DNA of 64,000 nt, from the NCBI GenBank assembly GCA_964016885.1, contig OZ024743.1, forward strand, positions 118,110,001 through 118,174,000, read 5' to 3'. Position 1 is the stretch's first letter. Every line of letters begins with the position of its first letter. The DNA comes from Eledone cirrhosa (taxonomy: Eukaryota). Positions 26,345 through 41,818 of the stretch are shown piece after piece. The translations under genes and the position numbers were made by a program. Below the pieces are notes generated by a model. The model did not search any database. It was not told the DNA's origin and worked only from the letters and a program-made list of their open reading frames with translations.

Positions 26345-27390
26345 TTCGTGGCCATAATAGTGAGTCCATTGCTAGAACAAAAGTTCAGTAAGGCCCCCCA
26401 TTCTTATTTAGATCAGGGTAATCATTCCTTCCGATCACTCCTTTCCATGCCAGTTGGTCAGTGCCAACATGTGCATTGATATCTCCCATCAGGATATCTT
26501 AACTACATCTAACACTGCAGTGACTTCATGAAGGAAGGATCTGTATTCGAACTATTTGTTTGGTGCATAAAATTGCGCCAACGACAGAGACCTATATTTC
26601 AACCTAAGCTTCATGAGGCAAATCCTTCATCCTAACGGGATCAAATTCATAATACATTCTGACAGCCGCGGGCTTGTGAGTATCCCCACTCCCACCTGTG
26701 CAGTCCTTTCTGGCACCATACCTGAATAGTAGACTTTCCATATCCCATCAAAATCTACGGTATCAGAGCCACGGAACTTTGTTGAGAAACCGCCAACTAT
26801 ATCTAACCCGCAGCATCTAGACTCCTCCACTAGTTCCTGCTCCTTACCTCTAAGGATTGTGATGTTCCAAGTTCCAACTGTTAAGGTTTGCTCCCTTCCG
26901 TACCCTCTTTGGGTCTCGGGATAGCAATGTTTGTGCGTCCCTCCCACGCCACGCAAGACAGGTCGCAGGCCCATCGCTAGTTTTTGCAGCATAAAATGGA
27001 AACTGCAATATATTTTTCGAACAGGCCCCTCTACTTTGTTTACCTTCGCGAAGGACAATGCGGTATAGTTCTTTCTTGTTTCCCTCATCATATTGCAGTT
27101 TCAGTTTCAGTGGTCTTATTCGCGCCAGTCACCAATCTCGGCAGAGCTGTTCTGCTAGAGAAGGGGTCGCGTGTTACGGATACCGATACGGCCACCAAAT
27201 ATGATGGATAGTTGCGATATAAGCGGCACACTGCCGGACGAATAAGCAGCCCCAGACCAACAATGGTATACTATTAGGGGAGACGTGTAGCTCCCAAGAA
27301 AACTCTCACAACCCAGTGACGTAGCCATGACGAGGCGAATAAAGGTCGCCTCAATATAGCCTAGTTTTCCCGGGATTGCCACAGTACTAT
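26345..27390 (-). mobile_element. RTE-clade LINE 5' part: UTR plus decayed APE endonuclease (about 26345-26900)
   Basis: LTVGTWNI..LRGKEQELVEE...LDIVG...WKVYYSG...GVGIL...FYAPN...MGDINAHVG...WKGVIG...NGGALLNFC..NGL.I. Confidence 0.88.
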
Positions 27391-27524
27391 GAAGAAATAT
27401 TAGTTTAACGCTTGGAATAATAGGAAAAGAGTGTTAACGTTTCAGACAATAGTCATTCATCAGAAGGTAGCATGAGAAATAAAAGATGAAATAGAAAGAT
27501 AAAAAGTGAGAAATGTTTCTAAGA

Positions 27525-27742
27525 ATGGTTTCAGATTTAGGCACAAAGCCAACAATTCTTGTGGAGGGAAAAGTCGATGAAATCGGGCCCAGTGCGTGAC
27601 TGGTACTTTATCTTATCGACCCCGTAAAGATGAAAGGCTAAGAGGCTAACCGCGGTGGGCTTTGAACACAGACAGTAAAGAACCATAACTCTATGCTGCA
27701 AAGCATGGTGTCCTACGCTCTACCAATTCTGCAAATCCACTT
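27525..27742 (-). mobile_element. Diverged tRNA-derived SINE copy
   Basis: ctggtactttatcttatcgaccccgtaaagatgaaaggc is the reverse complement of the SINE core. Confidence 0.8.
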
Positions 27743-28169
27743 CATATAATGTAGATAATTTAAAGCAATACTTTAGTGCAGCCTTCACAAATGAAATATC
27801 TTTTACCCCAATCCCTAGAATCACTTGAGTTTCAAACTCTTAAAACCCATGTGAAAATCATTGTCTGGTGTCAGTCGTAATGTTGGTTCTTTGTTCACTG
27901 TGAGGTGATGGTTATAGTTGTGAGAGTTGTTTACGTTGTTGCTGATGTTATTGCTGTTGTTTGTATTGTTGTTGCTGTTATTTTTGTTGGTGTTAGTCTT
28001 AGGTCAATCCTGACTAAGCTGACCTATGATTCGAAGTCATTTCAGCTTTGATCATCCAGCCGATTTGAGACAGATATAGAAATACATCTTCTAAACTGTC
28101 ATTCTATTTGTAAATTGTGATGTGAAGGAAATTTGACTGCTGTTTCTAGCATATCAACTGATCACATTA

Positions 28170-29120
28170 GATACATGGTAGTTGTGATAGTGGAAGTTGA
28201 GGCTATGGTTGTGATAGTCTGGAGGAAGGTAACACATCAGTTGTTGTTTTCGTAATGTTAATGATTGATGAGGTGGAAGTATTAGTGTTGATTGTGTTGT
28301 TGCTGGTGTATTTTTGTTAGTAGCTGCAAGGAATGTAGTAGCGGGTGAAAGTAGCTGCTGTGATGATGGCGATTGTGGTAGTAAGAGCTGCTGCTGGGGG
28401 TGAGAGTAGTGGTGGCAGTGGTCATGGCTGTGGTGGTGTTAATGTTGACGGAGGTAATTGCGGGAGCGGTGATAGTACTAAATGAAATAATATTCTAATA
28501 GTGAGGGTGTGTGACATATGGAGGTAGAAGTGACGGTATTATGACAGTGGTGGTGGTGGTAATGGAGGTAGAAATAATCATATTGGGATATTGGTGATGG
28601 TATTGTGATTGTGGTGGTAGTGAAAATGGCGGTGAAGGTGTTAGGATAGGTTAGTTGATTGTCGTGATGCTGGTAGAGGTAGGTTTACGGGGGGTGATCG
28701 TAATGTGATAGTGGTGGTACTATTATTGTTAGTAGAGCGGTGGAGACTATCTTGGTATAAGTGATCATTAGTGAGTTGGTAAAGTGTGCTTGCGTTAGTA
28801 ATAAGAAATTAGAGGTGGTAGAATGATGATGGAAGTATAGGAGTCAGAGGTGATATTGGACATGAGATGGTGTTTGTGATAGTGTGGTGGAGGTGATGAT
28901 ATGAGTTATAGTGTAGGTAGATATAGTAGTGAAGGCATAAGCGTAGTCAGGCAGAGATTGTGATTGTAATGGTGGTGATTGTGTTTAGGCGGAGGAGAAG
29001 ATAGTGATGTTTAATAGTGGGTTTGGCAGAAGTATATAGTATGGTCGTAAATTGCAGCCGTGGAAGTAGTAGCAATAGATTTCCTGACTGAAAGTAAGGT
29101 GGTGCCTATAGTTGTAGTGG
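28170..29120. repeat. Degenerate GGT/GAT/AGT low-complexity tract (strongly C-poor on the plus strand)
   Basis: Continuous decayed trinucleotide-like sequence. Confidence 0.7.
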
Positions 29121-29220
29121 TCAATGTTTTTTTTTTTTAAGCTTGGCTCTGGAAATAAGAAATGACTTAAGATAATGTATATCTGTGTGAGTTAGTGTTA
29201 TTGGGGTTTCTACGTATGTG

Positions 29221-29280
<60 letters not shown>

Positions 29281-29448
29281 AAGAAGAAGAAGAAGAAGAA
29301 GAAGAAGAAATGATTGTGTAAAGTGCTCAGGTGCACTACAACTCGTCAAACGTGGATGTATAGTACATAGAAAAATACACAAATGTCAGGGAAGTGAATA
29401 GTGTATGAGTCATGGTATACATGTGTGTATGTGTATGGAGGGGGAACA

Positions 29449-30250
29449 TTAGCTGTAGTGTTGGCGGAATTCGGGAAGCATGGAGGCCTTAAAGGATGCA
29501 GTGTCTCGACAGCTAACAACTGATTTAGGTAGTTTGTTCCATGCTTCAGCAACTCTGAGCGTGAAAAAATGTTTCCGAAAGTCATGGGACCTGTGCTGTT
29601 TTCTGACTTTGTGGGCATGTCCACGTGTGTTAGATACATGGAAATCAAAAAGATACTCAGGGTTGTTGTTAGCAAAATGGTTAACAATTTTGTGGGTGTT
29701 TACCAAGTCAGTTGTCAGGCGTCGGAGCTTCAATGTATCCATGCCCAGGGAAGCAAGGCGCTCAGAGTATGGTAGATGCCTGATTGAGGGTATTCGCTTG
29801 GTTGCACGTCTCTGAACAGTTTCCAGGCAGTCAATGTTCTGAGCAAGATAAGGGTTCCAGACTGGTGATGCAAATTCTAAGTGTGGCCGCACCATAGCTA
29901 TATATGTACAGCTTTAAATAGATAGCTGGAGAGCGGCTTACAAAGGTCTTCCTGAGTGATGCTAAGACACCCTCGGCCCTGTTGACAATTTTAGAGACGT
30001 GCTTCGTCAAACGCAAATCGCTGCTGACCGAAATGCCTAGGTCACGTTCACAAGAAGACTTCTTGATATTAGTGCTGTGGAGGGAGTATGTGGACGCTGG
30101 GTTTTTACTCCCAAAATGCATGGTGGTGCACTTGTCCACAGCTAGCTTGTGTTGCCAGTCTGAGATCCATTATTGCATTGTGTCGAGGTCAGACTGCAAG
30201 CAAGTTCTATATTGTTCAGGATATGTCCTTTTTATCTCGAGGTACAGCTG
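29449..30250 (-). pseudogene. CR1-clade LINE, 3' part of RT, frameshifted
   Basis: LQSDLD...W...DKCTTMHFG...ERDLGI...LKLY...VRPHLEFASPVWNPY...LETVQRRATK...YSERL...RRL..DL...TRGH..K...FFTLRV..AWNKLP..VV. Confidence 0.92.
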
Positions 30251-30261
30251 TATGTATATAA

Positions 30262-30342
<81 letters not shown>

Positions 30343-30352
30343 ATATATAAAT

Positions 30353-30447
30353 AGCTTCTACAGGACTAGGACTGTTTCTAAATTACTTTTACTCTGCTAT
30401 GTATTGAGTATCTCACTTACTGTGTTATCCCCGATTTAACCCGGGAT
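30353..30447. mobile_element. Rearranged family A pseudo-LTR: HHR 3' half on the minus strand joined to the tail on the plus strand
   Basis: agcttctacaggactaggactgtttc reads GAAACAG-tcctagtc-CTGTA-gaagct on the minus strand. It is followed by actctgctatgtattgagta... as at 7895. Confidence 0.75.
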
Positions 30448-30629
30448 CTACATATATATAGTTCAATAAATGACAGACGTATATATGCAAAACCCCAAAG
30501 TCTTATTAGTATCACGCTTAGGTGGAAGTAGAAGAAGGTTTATATACCATATATATATGTGTGTGCGTGAGTGCGTGTGTGTATGAGTACAGTTATATAC
30601 ATGTATATGCAAATATAAATTATATATAT

Positions 30630-30783
<154 letters not shown>

Positions 30784-30823
30784 ATACATATATATATATA
30801 TATATATAATATATATATATAAT

Positions 30824-30925
<102 letters not shown>

Positions 30926-31060
30926 CATATATAATATACATATATATATATACATACGCAAAATAATATAAACAAACCACTATCCTGATGTCCTCCAAAA
31001 GTAATGGTCGCATTTTGAAAGGGTACGTCAATGCTTATTTGTAAAACTGATATATATTGT

Positions 31061-31123
31061 ATTTTGTCTGATGAAGGCATACCATAATTTAACTCGGTAT
31101 CCTTGAAATATGTATAATGAAAT
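31061..31123 (+). ncRNA. Type I hammerhead, same family as 20609-20669
   Basis: attttgt-CTGATGA-aggcatacc(...)ggtatcctt-GAAA-tatgta-TA-atgaaat. The downstream tatggttttataaatatagtttccattt is shared with 20674-20701. Confidence 0.75.
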
Positions 31124-31163
31124 AAATATGGTTTTATAAATATAGTTTCCATTTGTTAATATC

Positions 31164-31242
<79 letters not shown>

Positions 31243-31519
31243 TACATGTGTGTCTGTGTGTGTGTTCGTGTATGTGTGTGTGTTCGTGTATGTGTGTGTG
31301 TGTGTGTGTTTGTTTGTGTGTGTGTGTGTTTGTGTGTGTCTGTGTGTACAGTTATATACATGTATATGCGCATATAAATTATATATATGTATGTGTGTAT
31401 GGCGTACGGTCTGCTTCTCTGACCGCTCATGAAATTCATCCAGATTATGCTGATCGGATAACTACCATGTGGCTTGCTGTTTTCCAACCTTCGGTTTGGT
31501 TTTCCTTCTGTTGTTTACT

Positions 31520-31660
31520 TGTCTCACTCACTTTACGCGTTTCACTTGTCCCAATAGCTTATTTTAGTTATTGCTCGCACCAACCTGAGACATCTGATTT
31601 TTAATGCGATGAAATACCAATGATGGTTGGCAAAATCACTGATGAGGGACTAATTTTATA
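31520..31660 (+). mobile_element. Repeat unit ending in an HHR 5' half (CTGATGA-ggac); inverted homolog at about 56105-56240
   Basis: ttgctcgcaccaacc...gcgatgaaatacc.atgatggttgg...tcaCTGATGA.ggactaa is present here on plus and at 56105-56240 on minus. Confidence 0.7.
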
Positions 31661-31706
31661 ATATGTAATCCATGTGCAACCATGCAGTATTCTTCTTCCC
31701 CTTGTT

Positions 31707-31806
<100 letters not shown>

Positions 31807-31863
31807 ATACATATATATTAATATATATTATAATATATATATAATATAAATTATACATATATA

Positions 31864-31913
<50 letters not shown>

Positions 31914-31942
31914 ATATATATATAATATATATATATATAATT

Positions 31943-32074
<132 letters not shown>

Positions 32075-32239
32075 ATATGTGTGTGTGTGTGTGTATGTGT
32101 GTGTGTGTGTGTGCGTGTGTGTTTGTGTGTGTTTGTGTTTGTGTGTGTTTGTGTGTGTGTGTGTGTGTGTTTAATGGTAGCTATGATGCTTCCATAGACG
32201 GTATGCCATTAAGCACTCTTTGCTCCTACAGACCAGAGT

Positions 32240-32285
<46 letters not shown>

Positions 32286-32689
32286 CACGCATATATAATA
32301 TATAATATATATGTGTGTGTGTGTGTGTGTATAAGTGCACGTGTGTTTCTGTTCGTGGTTGATAACTCAGTATATGTTCATGTTTGCATGTACCTATGTG
32401 TGTTTGTGCGCATGTGTGAAATGAAGTATATGACGATGACACCGACCAATACAATGACAATGTAGATGGTATGAAACAAGAGGAAAACAACATGATAAAT
32501 ATAATAACCACGATAGAAGAAAAGTAAAAGAAATAAAATAAGGAAATATGAACAGATGAAAGTGGCGTGGGAGAGGATGTTGGGGGAGAAAATAGAGAGG
32601 AGGATAAAAGGAAGAAAATAAAGAAAGAGGGTGACGCTAAGGGAATAACAACAATAAAAATAGCAATAACAACAAAAATAACAACACCA

Positions 32690-33095
32690 ATGATAATAAT
32701 AATAGAAGAAGAAAAAGAAGAAGAAGAAGAAGAAGAAGAAGAAGAAGAAGAAGAAGAAGAAGAAGAAGAAGAAGAAGAAGAATGTGGGGGGGTGAGGCGG
32801 AGGAGTAGGAAGAGGAGAAGAAGAAGAAGAAGAAGAAGAAGAAGAAGAAGAAGAAGAAAAAGAAGAAGAAGAAGAAGAAGGAGGAGGAGGAGGAGGAGGA
32901 GGAGGATGATGATGATGATGATGATGAGGAGGAGGAGGAGGAGGAGGAGGATGAGGAGGAGGAGGAGGAGGAGGAGGATGAGGAGGATGAGGAGGAGGAG
33001 GAGGAGGAGGAGAAGAAGAAGAAGAAGAAGAAGAAGAAGAAGAAGAAGAAGAAGAAGAAGAAGAAGAAGAAGAAGAAGAAGAAGAAGAAGAAGAA
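32690..33095. repeat. Compound (GAA)n/(GGA)n/(GAT)n polypurine microsatellite
   Basis: Read directly from the sequence. Confidence 0.98.
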
Positions 33096-34292
33096 AGGAG
33101 TTGATATAATGTGATAAAGTAGGAGATGACGAAAGAATTGTCTTGAGAAGAAATGATAGGCAAGAGGAACAGAGATAACAAGAGGAGAAAAAAGAGCAGA
33201 GGAAAAGAAAATAAGGCTGGGTGAGGATATGTTATATTGAAGAGAATTTGGAGAGATCGTTAATATTAATCCCAACGGGGTAGAAGTCGATTTGACATGT
33301 TTAATTAGAATGTCAAATCTGACTAGCACTTCATTTGAGAATTATACTGGCCGCAAGACATTAAAAACAGAACTAAAATAGGCCAGTTTGTGGCACTAGA
33401 GTTATATGAAATGCTTGCAGACATATCAAAACGAGGCTTGTTTTAAATTCATTGGTTTACCATCGTTAAGTCATATCTGGCGTTGATATATCGTTGCAAG
33501 AGAAGTATGGATGGATTAATAGGTCTCTCGACTTTCCAGGGGCTAAAATGACGTTGCAAATATTTGAATTCCCTCCCTAGGTATCATCGTGTGCACTGAG
33601 GATTCTCTCAGCCTTATTTACTCGCAAAGAGAGGAAGATCTAAGAAAATAATTGATAGAAAGTGGAGAAGAGAGAGAGGGGCAGAGAGAATAAAGGATAG
33701 AGAGAATGATGAGGAGAGATAGGAAAGATAGAGATAGGAAGAGTGACAAGTTATTGTTATTGTTTAGCCGAATCAGCCTTTATCATGCAGGTATATGATC
33801 AAATATTTCAGAATTGATCACCCATGTTTTTTTTTTTTTGTATTTTCATCCCTCTAGGAGTACATTGTCTAATGTATTCCTTCCTTATTTATGGCTGCAG
33901 TGTGTGATTTTAAGGTAGTTGTTTGCTACTTCTCGCATGTCAATCAAGCAAACGTATAGATACTCCCTCACTAGTTCGATTATAGATTTATTGTTTAGTC
34001 CCTGGTCATTTCAACTAGCGTATATGTATGATCTAAGGCATTCCAGGCGTCTCTCTTTGAATCTCACTAGTGTATATGTACATGCATGTTTATATACGTA
34101 TATATAGTGTCCATCTCAACTCACCTTTTGAAAAGCAGAAGAACTGCGAAACCGGTAAAGGAACCAAATAAATATATATATTTTTAAAAAAAATAAGGCT
34201 CCAGTTGCATTTTCAATTTCATCTCTTTTTCTTTATACTTTCACTCGTGTAGGACACCTCGGTTATTTTTCAATTTGTAAAAAAAACCTCAC

Positions 34293-34367
<75 letters not shown>

Positions 34368-37110
34368 TGTGTGTGTGTATGTGTATGTATTTGTAGATTT
34401 AGATACATATATATGAATATATGTGTGTATATACATACAGCCTCACATACAGACATATATGTGCATCTGTATGTGTATAAGCATAAAATCTGAAGAATTC
34501 TCCCTCTTCAAGAAACATCGGGCTTCCTCACAATCCCTTTAAGACTTTGTGGTAAAAAAATCCCATTTGTTAGGAAGAGAAGTTGCCTCTTGGGTATAAA
34601 CTAATGCTAAAACTATCACTAAAACAACATTAATAATTATTTTAAATTATATGCGGGAAGTTCGTTGCCTCGCTTCCAGCAAGGCACCTGTCCATTATTC
34701 GCAAACCGTTCATCTTGACATTGCCTATAAATTCCGTTCACATAACCCTTTTCATGAATAATAGTATCAAAGTTGGTGTTTTTTTTAAATTTATTTAATA
34801 ACAACAACAATATAATTATATTTAGACGGTGGTCAATAGACAATAAAATAAAATTACAATGGATTTTGGGGCTATTTACTTTGGTGCATTTGCTTCCCTT
34901 CATCTTATGATGTGAGATTAAATTTGTATTCCTTTCTAGATGGTTAGAAAATTCTTCTTGACTATTTGCTGAATATTTTTTGTATTTAATGCATTCCCTC
35001 CTTTTCTATGTGCATTGAGCACTTAATAATTTTCTAACTGAATAGAATATGCTTCGCTGATGAGGTTGTATGAGACTGAAAACTGTATTTTTAAAGACTC
35101 GATCCACTCCCATCGGTAACGTTGTTATTTTCGAAGACATTGTTGGAATTGATAATTTGCTCAGACTTATCTTCCTTGAATGTTTAATTAAATTTAATCA
35201 CCAGCACAGAGAGCTTTTCTTTATTGAGGACACGTTAGACTAAGTGGAAATGATAAGTCATCAACTTGGAAATACATCGTTCTAGTTTAACACTACCACG
35301 TGATTGAATTGACACTCGCAGTTAGTTTATTTCACACTTTATTATCAATTCTTTGATTATCAAACAACTACTTCGGTGCAAAATAGTAATGACCTAAAAT
35401 TCGAAATCACCTGGATAAAGGAACTAAACAAGTGAGTAAAGAAATATTAAATATATGAGCGAATGAAATAAGAAAGCTTACCGGCAAAGAAATGTCGCTA
35501 TTTAGAATATATGTATTTTAGGCAATAGGACAAAAACGTCAGGTCTCGCACAATCTATAAAACATAATGGCTACCAGCCATGCCTGCGATTAGACGAAAT
35601 TATAAGGGAAATGTAAAAGCGTATGGCTTAAAGTTTAGAGTGTTCGGTTTATGATGATAAGATCAAGGGCAGGCCGGTGACTTGTGTTCGTTAAAACGAA
35701 TGTTTATGTTATGTTGCTTCATGAACAAGGATCAATAAATCTAGCTTGACAACCATAATCACCATGATCACTATTCTTTCTTGCCTTTCTAATACCACCA
35801 CTGTCACAACTGAAATCAACTGCTCTACTGACATTAAATTAGCCCCTCCAACAGCACCACCACACCCACACTATAGCAATCACCAATATTACTCACAATT
35901 CTGAAGGACTCTACATCCTCAAAACTGTATAAATATCACCGGTTCTATATAGTCTCATTTCATAATATGTCACGTGACATAAATTACCTTCTCTACATGG
36001 AACTCATACGTCATTTTACAAACATCACTTGCCTCCTTTTCCAAACATTCACGACCTCCTTCTAAAATAGATCACTACAAATATCACATGTCCTAAACTG
36101 TTTCGTTTAAAATACGTCATTCTACAAACATGCTCTATATGAGCATTTTTTCATAAATAAAAATAGATCAACAGCGAAACAACTCGGCAAGAGTGATTCA
36201 ACCAAGATCTTACGCACTCATTTCAGCTATTAAAAATAGAAGTTAAATCTGCGTCAAATCCCATCACAGGAACTTAGCAATGGCCACATTGGGTAATATG
36301 GTCACGGGTTCCATGTAAACAGGAAAAATACGGATTGTCGCGGAATTATTTTTAAGAATTCACACCCCACTACCACCACCAACCACAATATACTGTACTT
36401 TCAACACAATTATCATATAATAATCCACAAATCTGACTTGATGAACACCCACTTCAACAATAATAAGGATAATAAAGTAGAACAACACCGCAGGCAACAT
36501 TCATTAACTATTATCACATTCAACCCCTCTCATTGTCACCACTATCATTATCATATACCGACAGATATTTGATTCTTCATGAATTTCTCCTTCTCGATTA
36601 TAAATGTATGTATGACATGGGGCTTTACGGGTTCTCTCGAAATGCTAGAAACAGCAACCACTCCTTTTCAAATGAGACCATATCATAAACGTTGTCAACT
36701 ACTTGGTTTCGAGACACTTCATCCACGAATTTTTTTTATCTTGAGAATCGGAAAATGTCAGGAAACATTGAAAACTTGAGTATTTTTAATGCACAACCTT
36801 CCATTAATGCATGTGTATTGTTTTGCAGAAAACAGTAAAGCATTTGGACATCTTTGTTTCTAAACTATAAACTTAAAAGAACTATATATATATGTAAAAG
36901 CTGCTGGTGTACCATATAGAAACAGCTCGAGGTTCCCTATCGCATCTTCATAGCAATAGCAAGGGAAACAATAGTTAATTGGCTCCCAGATGCCCCTAAA
37001 AAGTAGGCTTGTTCACGGTCAGCTCGATCAGGGTTCAGCAAGGTTTACTACTTCTATTACTACAACTACGGCTCTTGTCGCCATCGCCGCTGCTGCTTCT
37101 GCTGCTGCTG

Positions 37111-37169
<59 letters not shown>

Positions 37170-37194
37170 GTTAGAATTGTCAAAATTGTCTGAA

Positions 37195-37345
37195 GCATGG
37201 TTGAATGGTTAAGAAGTTCGCTTTCCAATCATGGTGTGCCGGAATCGAATGCACTTAGGCAAGTGAATTTTTATTTATCCTCGGTTTGACTTAAGCCTGT
37301 AAGTGAAATTGGGTAGACGGAAACTGTTTGGAAGCCCGAAATGTA
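37195..37345 (+). mobile_element. Second tRNA-derived SINE family, degenerate
   Basis: catggttgaatggttaagaagttcgctttccaatcatg (A-box head)...cacttaggcaagtg...gtgaaattgggtagacggaaactg. Confidence 0.55.
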
Positions 37346-39031
37346 GACGGTGTAGTCATGTACTGTGTCACTCTGATTCTCCTTGAAAAATGCGTTGAAG
37401 ATATACAGTAATTAAATATATAGGCCGTTCTGTTGATCGAACAATTGTAACACGCCATTGTTGAAACTGACTGAGATCCATCTTTACGGCAGCCGCCAAT
37501 GTCACCACAAGAGTCACTACTACAACAAATTACCAAAAATATATAAACAGATATATAAATAAATAAACAGTTCATAGCTAAAATGTGGTAGTGGTGTTAT
37601 GAAAGAGTAGTGGTCTTTGTTATTGTCGTTGTTGTTGTTGTGTGCTTTAGTAGTTTTTGTTATTGCTGTAAGGGTGGAGCTCGACGCAATTAAAGGCGCG
37701 TGTCACGAGGACACGATCCTGATTCAATAGTTTATACTCAGACACACACTTCCTTTTTAATTCTTCGTCGCCATTCAAATATCGTTTAATTAGTTTGAAG
37801 AGTGGCATATTCTGTGCGAGCAAACGATCGTCTCTTCCAAATACACACGCCCACACATATGCAAGCGCACACACAAACACGCACATGCACACACAAGTAA
37901 ACAAAAATACACACATACATGTACGGTTAGACGCAAAGTACACTTACACGCAAACATATACAATACAAAATCATATGCACATATGGAAATACATATATAT
38001 ATATAAATTACATACACAATAATGTAATGTGTGTGAGTGCATATATGTATATAAATGCATATATATATATATTGAAATATACATAGGAATATGTGTATGT
38101 ATGTATGTATGTATGTATGTATGTATGCATGTATATATATATATGTATGTTTGTGTGTGTCTGTATCTATATATATATACAGACACAAACACACACAAAC
38201 ACACACACACACACACACATACATACATACATACATACATACATACATACATACATACATAGATACATACATACATACATACATACATACATGGATATGC
38301 TTGTGTGTAATGTATTAATTTATTTCTCATGTGAGGAACAACTAAAATAGACAACAATAGACTGTTAAACAAACTCATACACACATGCATTGTATCAAAC
38401 ATTCATATATTGTGCACTTGTATGTGCACCTGTGTGTATGTATGCGTGAGTGCCTTCTCTCTACAGTCTCAAACTAACCGCAGAATTAGAAGTAATCCAA
38501 CGAAGCCACACAAACAAATATTGCCTCAATGAAGGAGATGACCTACTGGGTGAGGCTGAAAGGACTAAACCTCGACTCTATGGAATGAAGACGGGAGAGA
38601 TTCGCAGTTTTATACAAATGGAAGATTGTGGAAAAACTAGTCCCAAATTTTGAACCTGGAAGAGGCCGCTACTATGTAGTGCCAAACATCACATACTTCA
38701 CATTTAATGTTACTTCATCTTGTCATCTGATCAGGAAAAAACGCACCGCAAGGCAGAAGTCGATATGGAGTAACAGATTTAAACAGATAGACATTTGGAG
38801 GTGTCAGAGTATGTGTGGGGAAAGAACTTTGACAAGGTAACGAACTACTCGAAATAAAGATAAAATTCAAAAGTAAAAATCATATGGTGCTTGTGTTTTC
38901 TTTATTGCCAATAATGACAACATGACCATCCCCAAAATATAACAGTATCTGTTTCAACACAACGACTTGCCATCAAGAATCTTGCCACACATATATATAA
39001 CTACACGCACGCACACATAAATACACACACA

Positions 39032-39121
<90 letters not shown>

Positions 39122-39159
39122 CATAGAAGTAATTCCACAACAGTTTGTTCACCATACCG

Positions 39160-39230
39160 AGAACAAATGTTTCACCTTATTCGGATCCTCAGATCGAGCT
39201 GAGGTTCCGAATAAGGTGAAACATTTGTTC
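39160..39230. repeat. Short palindrome (about 32-bp arms)
   Basis: agaacaaatgtttcaccttattcggatcctcag-atcgag-ctgaggttccgaataaggtgaaacatttgttct. Confidence 0.9.
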
Positions 39231-39949
39231 TTAAAACCTAAGGCAGCACTTTCTTGCTCTGTATATGAACGCAATTAAACAATATATCAGTTCTCAGACT
39301 AGATCACCTGTGTGTGTGGTTGGGTGAGCTACTAAGTGTTTACTGGCGGTTAAATCGTTACAGAGTCTATTGTCTTTCTGTTTCATTTTCGCACGTGTTT
39401 CAGCAAGTTTGCCTTCAATGTAAACAGTGGCTATAGGAGTGAGACACATTCAGTATATTTGCATGCATAAGTACATCTGTACGAACATGTGCATATACGA
39501 ATATGTATGGCACACAGATGTGTACACGCATACAGATAACGTATGCATGTATATGTATAGGCACATATACATGCATATATGTATGCGTACATACATACCG
39601 TTATACAACGCAAATTGCTACTATACGACACTAACAATAAAGGAAAGGATATTATTCAATTTAATCGTCTTCAGTACATGAAATTTAATTGCGCATGTAA
39701 GGATATATTCGATTACATCAACTCCACAAGAAAGACCCGGTAGGATGAACGGTGAACTTAAAATGATAACGTAAATGGATGTCATACAGCACCCCATGGC
39801 ATTATATGCAGTGATCTTCCCGTTTCTGCAATACTAAGAAGAATAGCTTCAATGATTAGATCCCATCTCATAAATGTACATCTGATCATTCTTCTGTATT
39901 TGGGAAATTTGGGCCGGACTGCATAAGAACTACGGGAAGTTGTTTATAG

Positions 39950-40860
39950 TTCATGAATTGAATGTTCCCCAGCATAGACTACTCAGAGATATTTAACGAC
40001 GTGCGTAATATTGGAGAGAACGTCGTTGTTTTTCATTGCACTACACGGCCTGAATCAATACAAGAGTGGTAGGAATCTGCAAAATCCTGACAAAATTCCA
40101 TATTTCAGGTGCAGATAATTGTCTACTATTTGAGATCTAGGACAACGACCTAGTGAAAAAATAAAACGGAGTAAATACTGTAGCCGTAGCATAGGCCAGC
40201 TAGCCAGTGAGCACGGCGTACCTAGCCCCCAAAGCACAAGGTGTTTTTAGTAGATGGACCTTCTGCTCATTGGAGCATGTCTCTTTCAGAAGAATAACGA
40301 GGGTAGATTCTCCTAACTGGTCTGATGAAAATTGGCGGAAGGAACAATGGAGGGGCTGGAATAAACCGAGTAGTTGTTCGGTTCTTGTGGCTGACCTATG
40401 TTTTCCATCAATTTCCAGTTGATAATGGCCAAATAGATTGTAGACTCGTTCGAATTTCAAATCACGTTACTCCAGTGAATCATGACGTTGGTCGACATGA
40501 CATTGCTTCTCCAAGGCCATAGTTTAAAGAACATCCGCATTCCTTAGTCAATACGCGCTTCTGGTCCTAACATTAAATTTATTCAGTATGGGGTCGACTA
40601 GCGACATTTCCATGCATATACACCCCATTGTGACGTTTATCGCATATGTCAATACGGATATTCTGCATCCCAATTTGAGCGGCATGCTCCTCAAAACCAC
40701 TGGCTTCCGAGACACTTTTGCCGGAAGGAGTCAGACCACCGAACAAATGACGTCCGTTGAATTCCTCCAGTTTCTGAAAATTGTAGAAAAATGTTGGAAT
40801 ACATCCACCAAGTAAAGATAGTAGCTTTAGGCAGATCTACTCTTGTCACAGCCCATAGAT
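39950..40860 (-). pseudogene. Probable highly decayed L1/Tx1-like LINE remnant
   Basis: A GC-richer non-repetitive block whose minus-strand pieces only loosely resemble the post-YADD region of Tx1-type RTs. Confidence 0.35.
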
Positions 40861-41250
40861 GTTAGGTTTATCTTCGATCAGTATTTAGGATAATGATTAT
40901 CCTTATCATTAACAATGTAGTCTGACTTAATCAAACTTTCATGCTCACTCTATCAAATAAATTAGCAGCCACATTGCAAGAAAAAAAAGCTAGTAGGTGT
41001 GAAAGGAACACCCAACGAGAATGGAATGTGTGAATAAAATGGAAGTGCACAAGAGCAACTACTTTATGAATTGATTATCTAAATCATTAATAAAAAGGAA
41101 ATGAAATAAAACCAGTATGTATGTTTTTTTTGCATTGGGAGTATGACCCTCTAAAAAGTGCAATAAGATATTTGATAAATATTTTGCAAGACACACCCTC
41201 ATACACACACATACACTTACTCATACACATACAAGCACGCACGCACATAA

Positions 41251-41358
<108 letters not shown>

Positions 41359-41818
41359 ATACATTCATATATCTATATATCTATATATGTATTTATTTAT
41401 ATATATACATACATACATGTGTGTCTCTGCGTGTATATATACTTATATATATATATATATACCATGATATTAAATAAATGGAAACTATATATATAAATCA
41501 CAAGGGATTGACACTCCAAATTCACTATTTTCCTTTTACTTTGCTCCACTTTTCAAATTAAATGACACGACGGTTCAGTTATATTCAAATATTGTAAGCG
41601 CGTCCATTGAGAATATCGTCTTTGACAAACTGGTCAGTTACTCGCATGTGTGCGTGCTGAATTCTGGGTTTTTCCGCTGGGAACAACACCTTGCCCCCCC
41701 ACCCCTTTTTGTGTGTGTACATCCATTCACTCATTCATTTACTGCCTTTCTACCTTCCTGTGTCTCCCCCTCCATGCACCCCTTTTCGCATAAATTTCTG
41801 GCACCTCCTAATATATAG

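Noticed and set aside
27436-27463. Minus-strand CTGATGA-atgactattgtct-GAAACGTT hammerhead-like motif
   Set aside because: No stem I pairing was found, so it is not counted as an HHR. It may be a pseudo-LTR remnant.
32378-33329. Poly-S/P/E/R/F ORFs
   Set aside because: They are translations of a compound trinucleotide microsatellite.
35056-35090. CTGATGA...GAAA (also a lone CTGATGA at about 2113)
   Set aside because: No consistent stems; compatible with chance.
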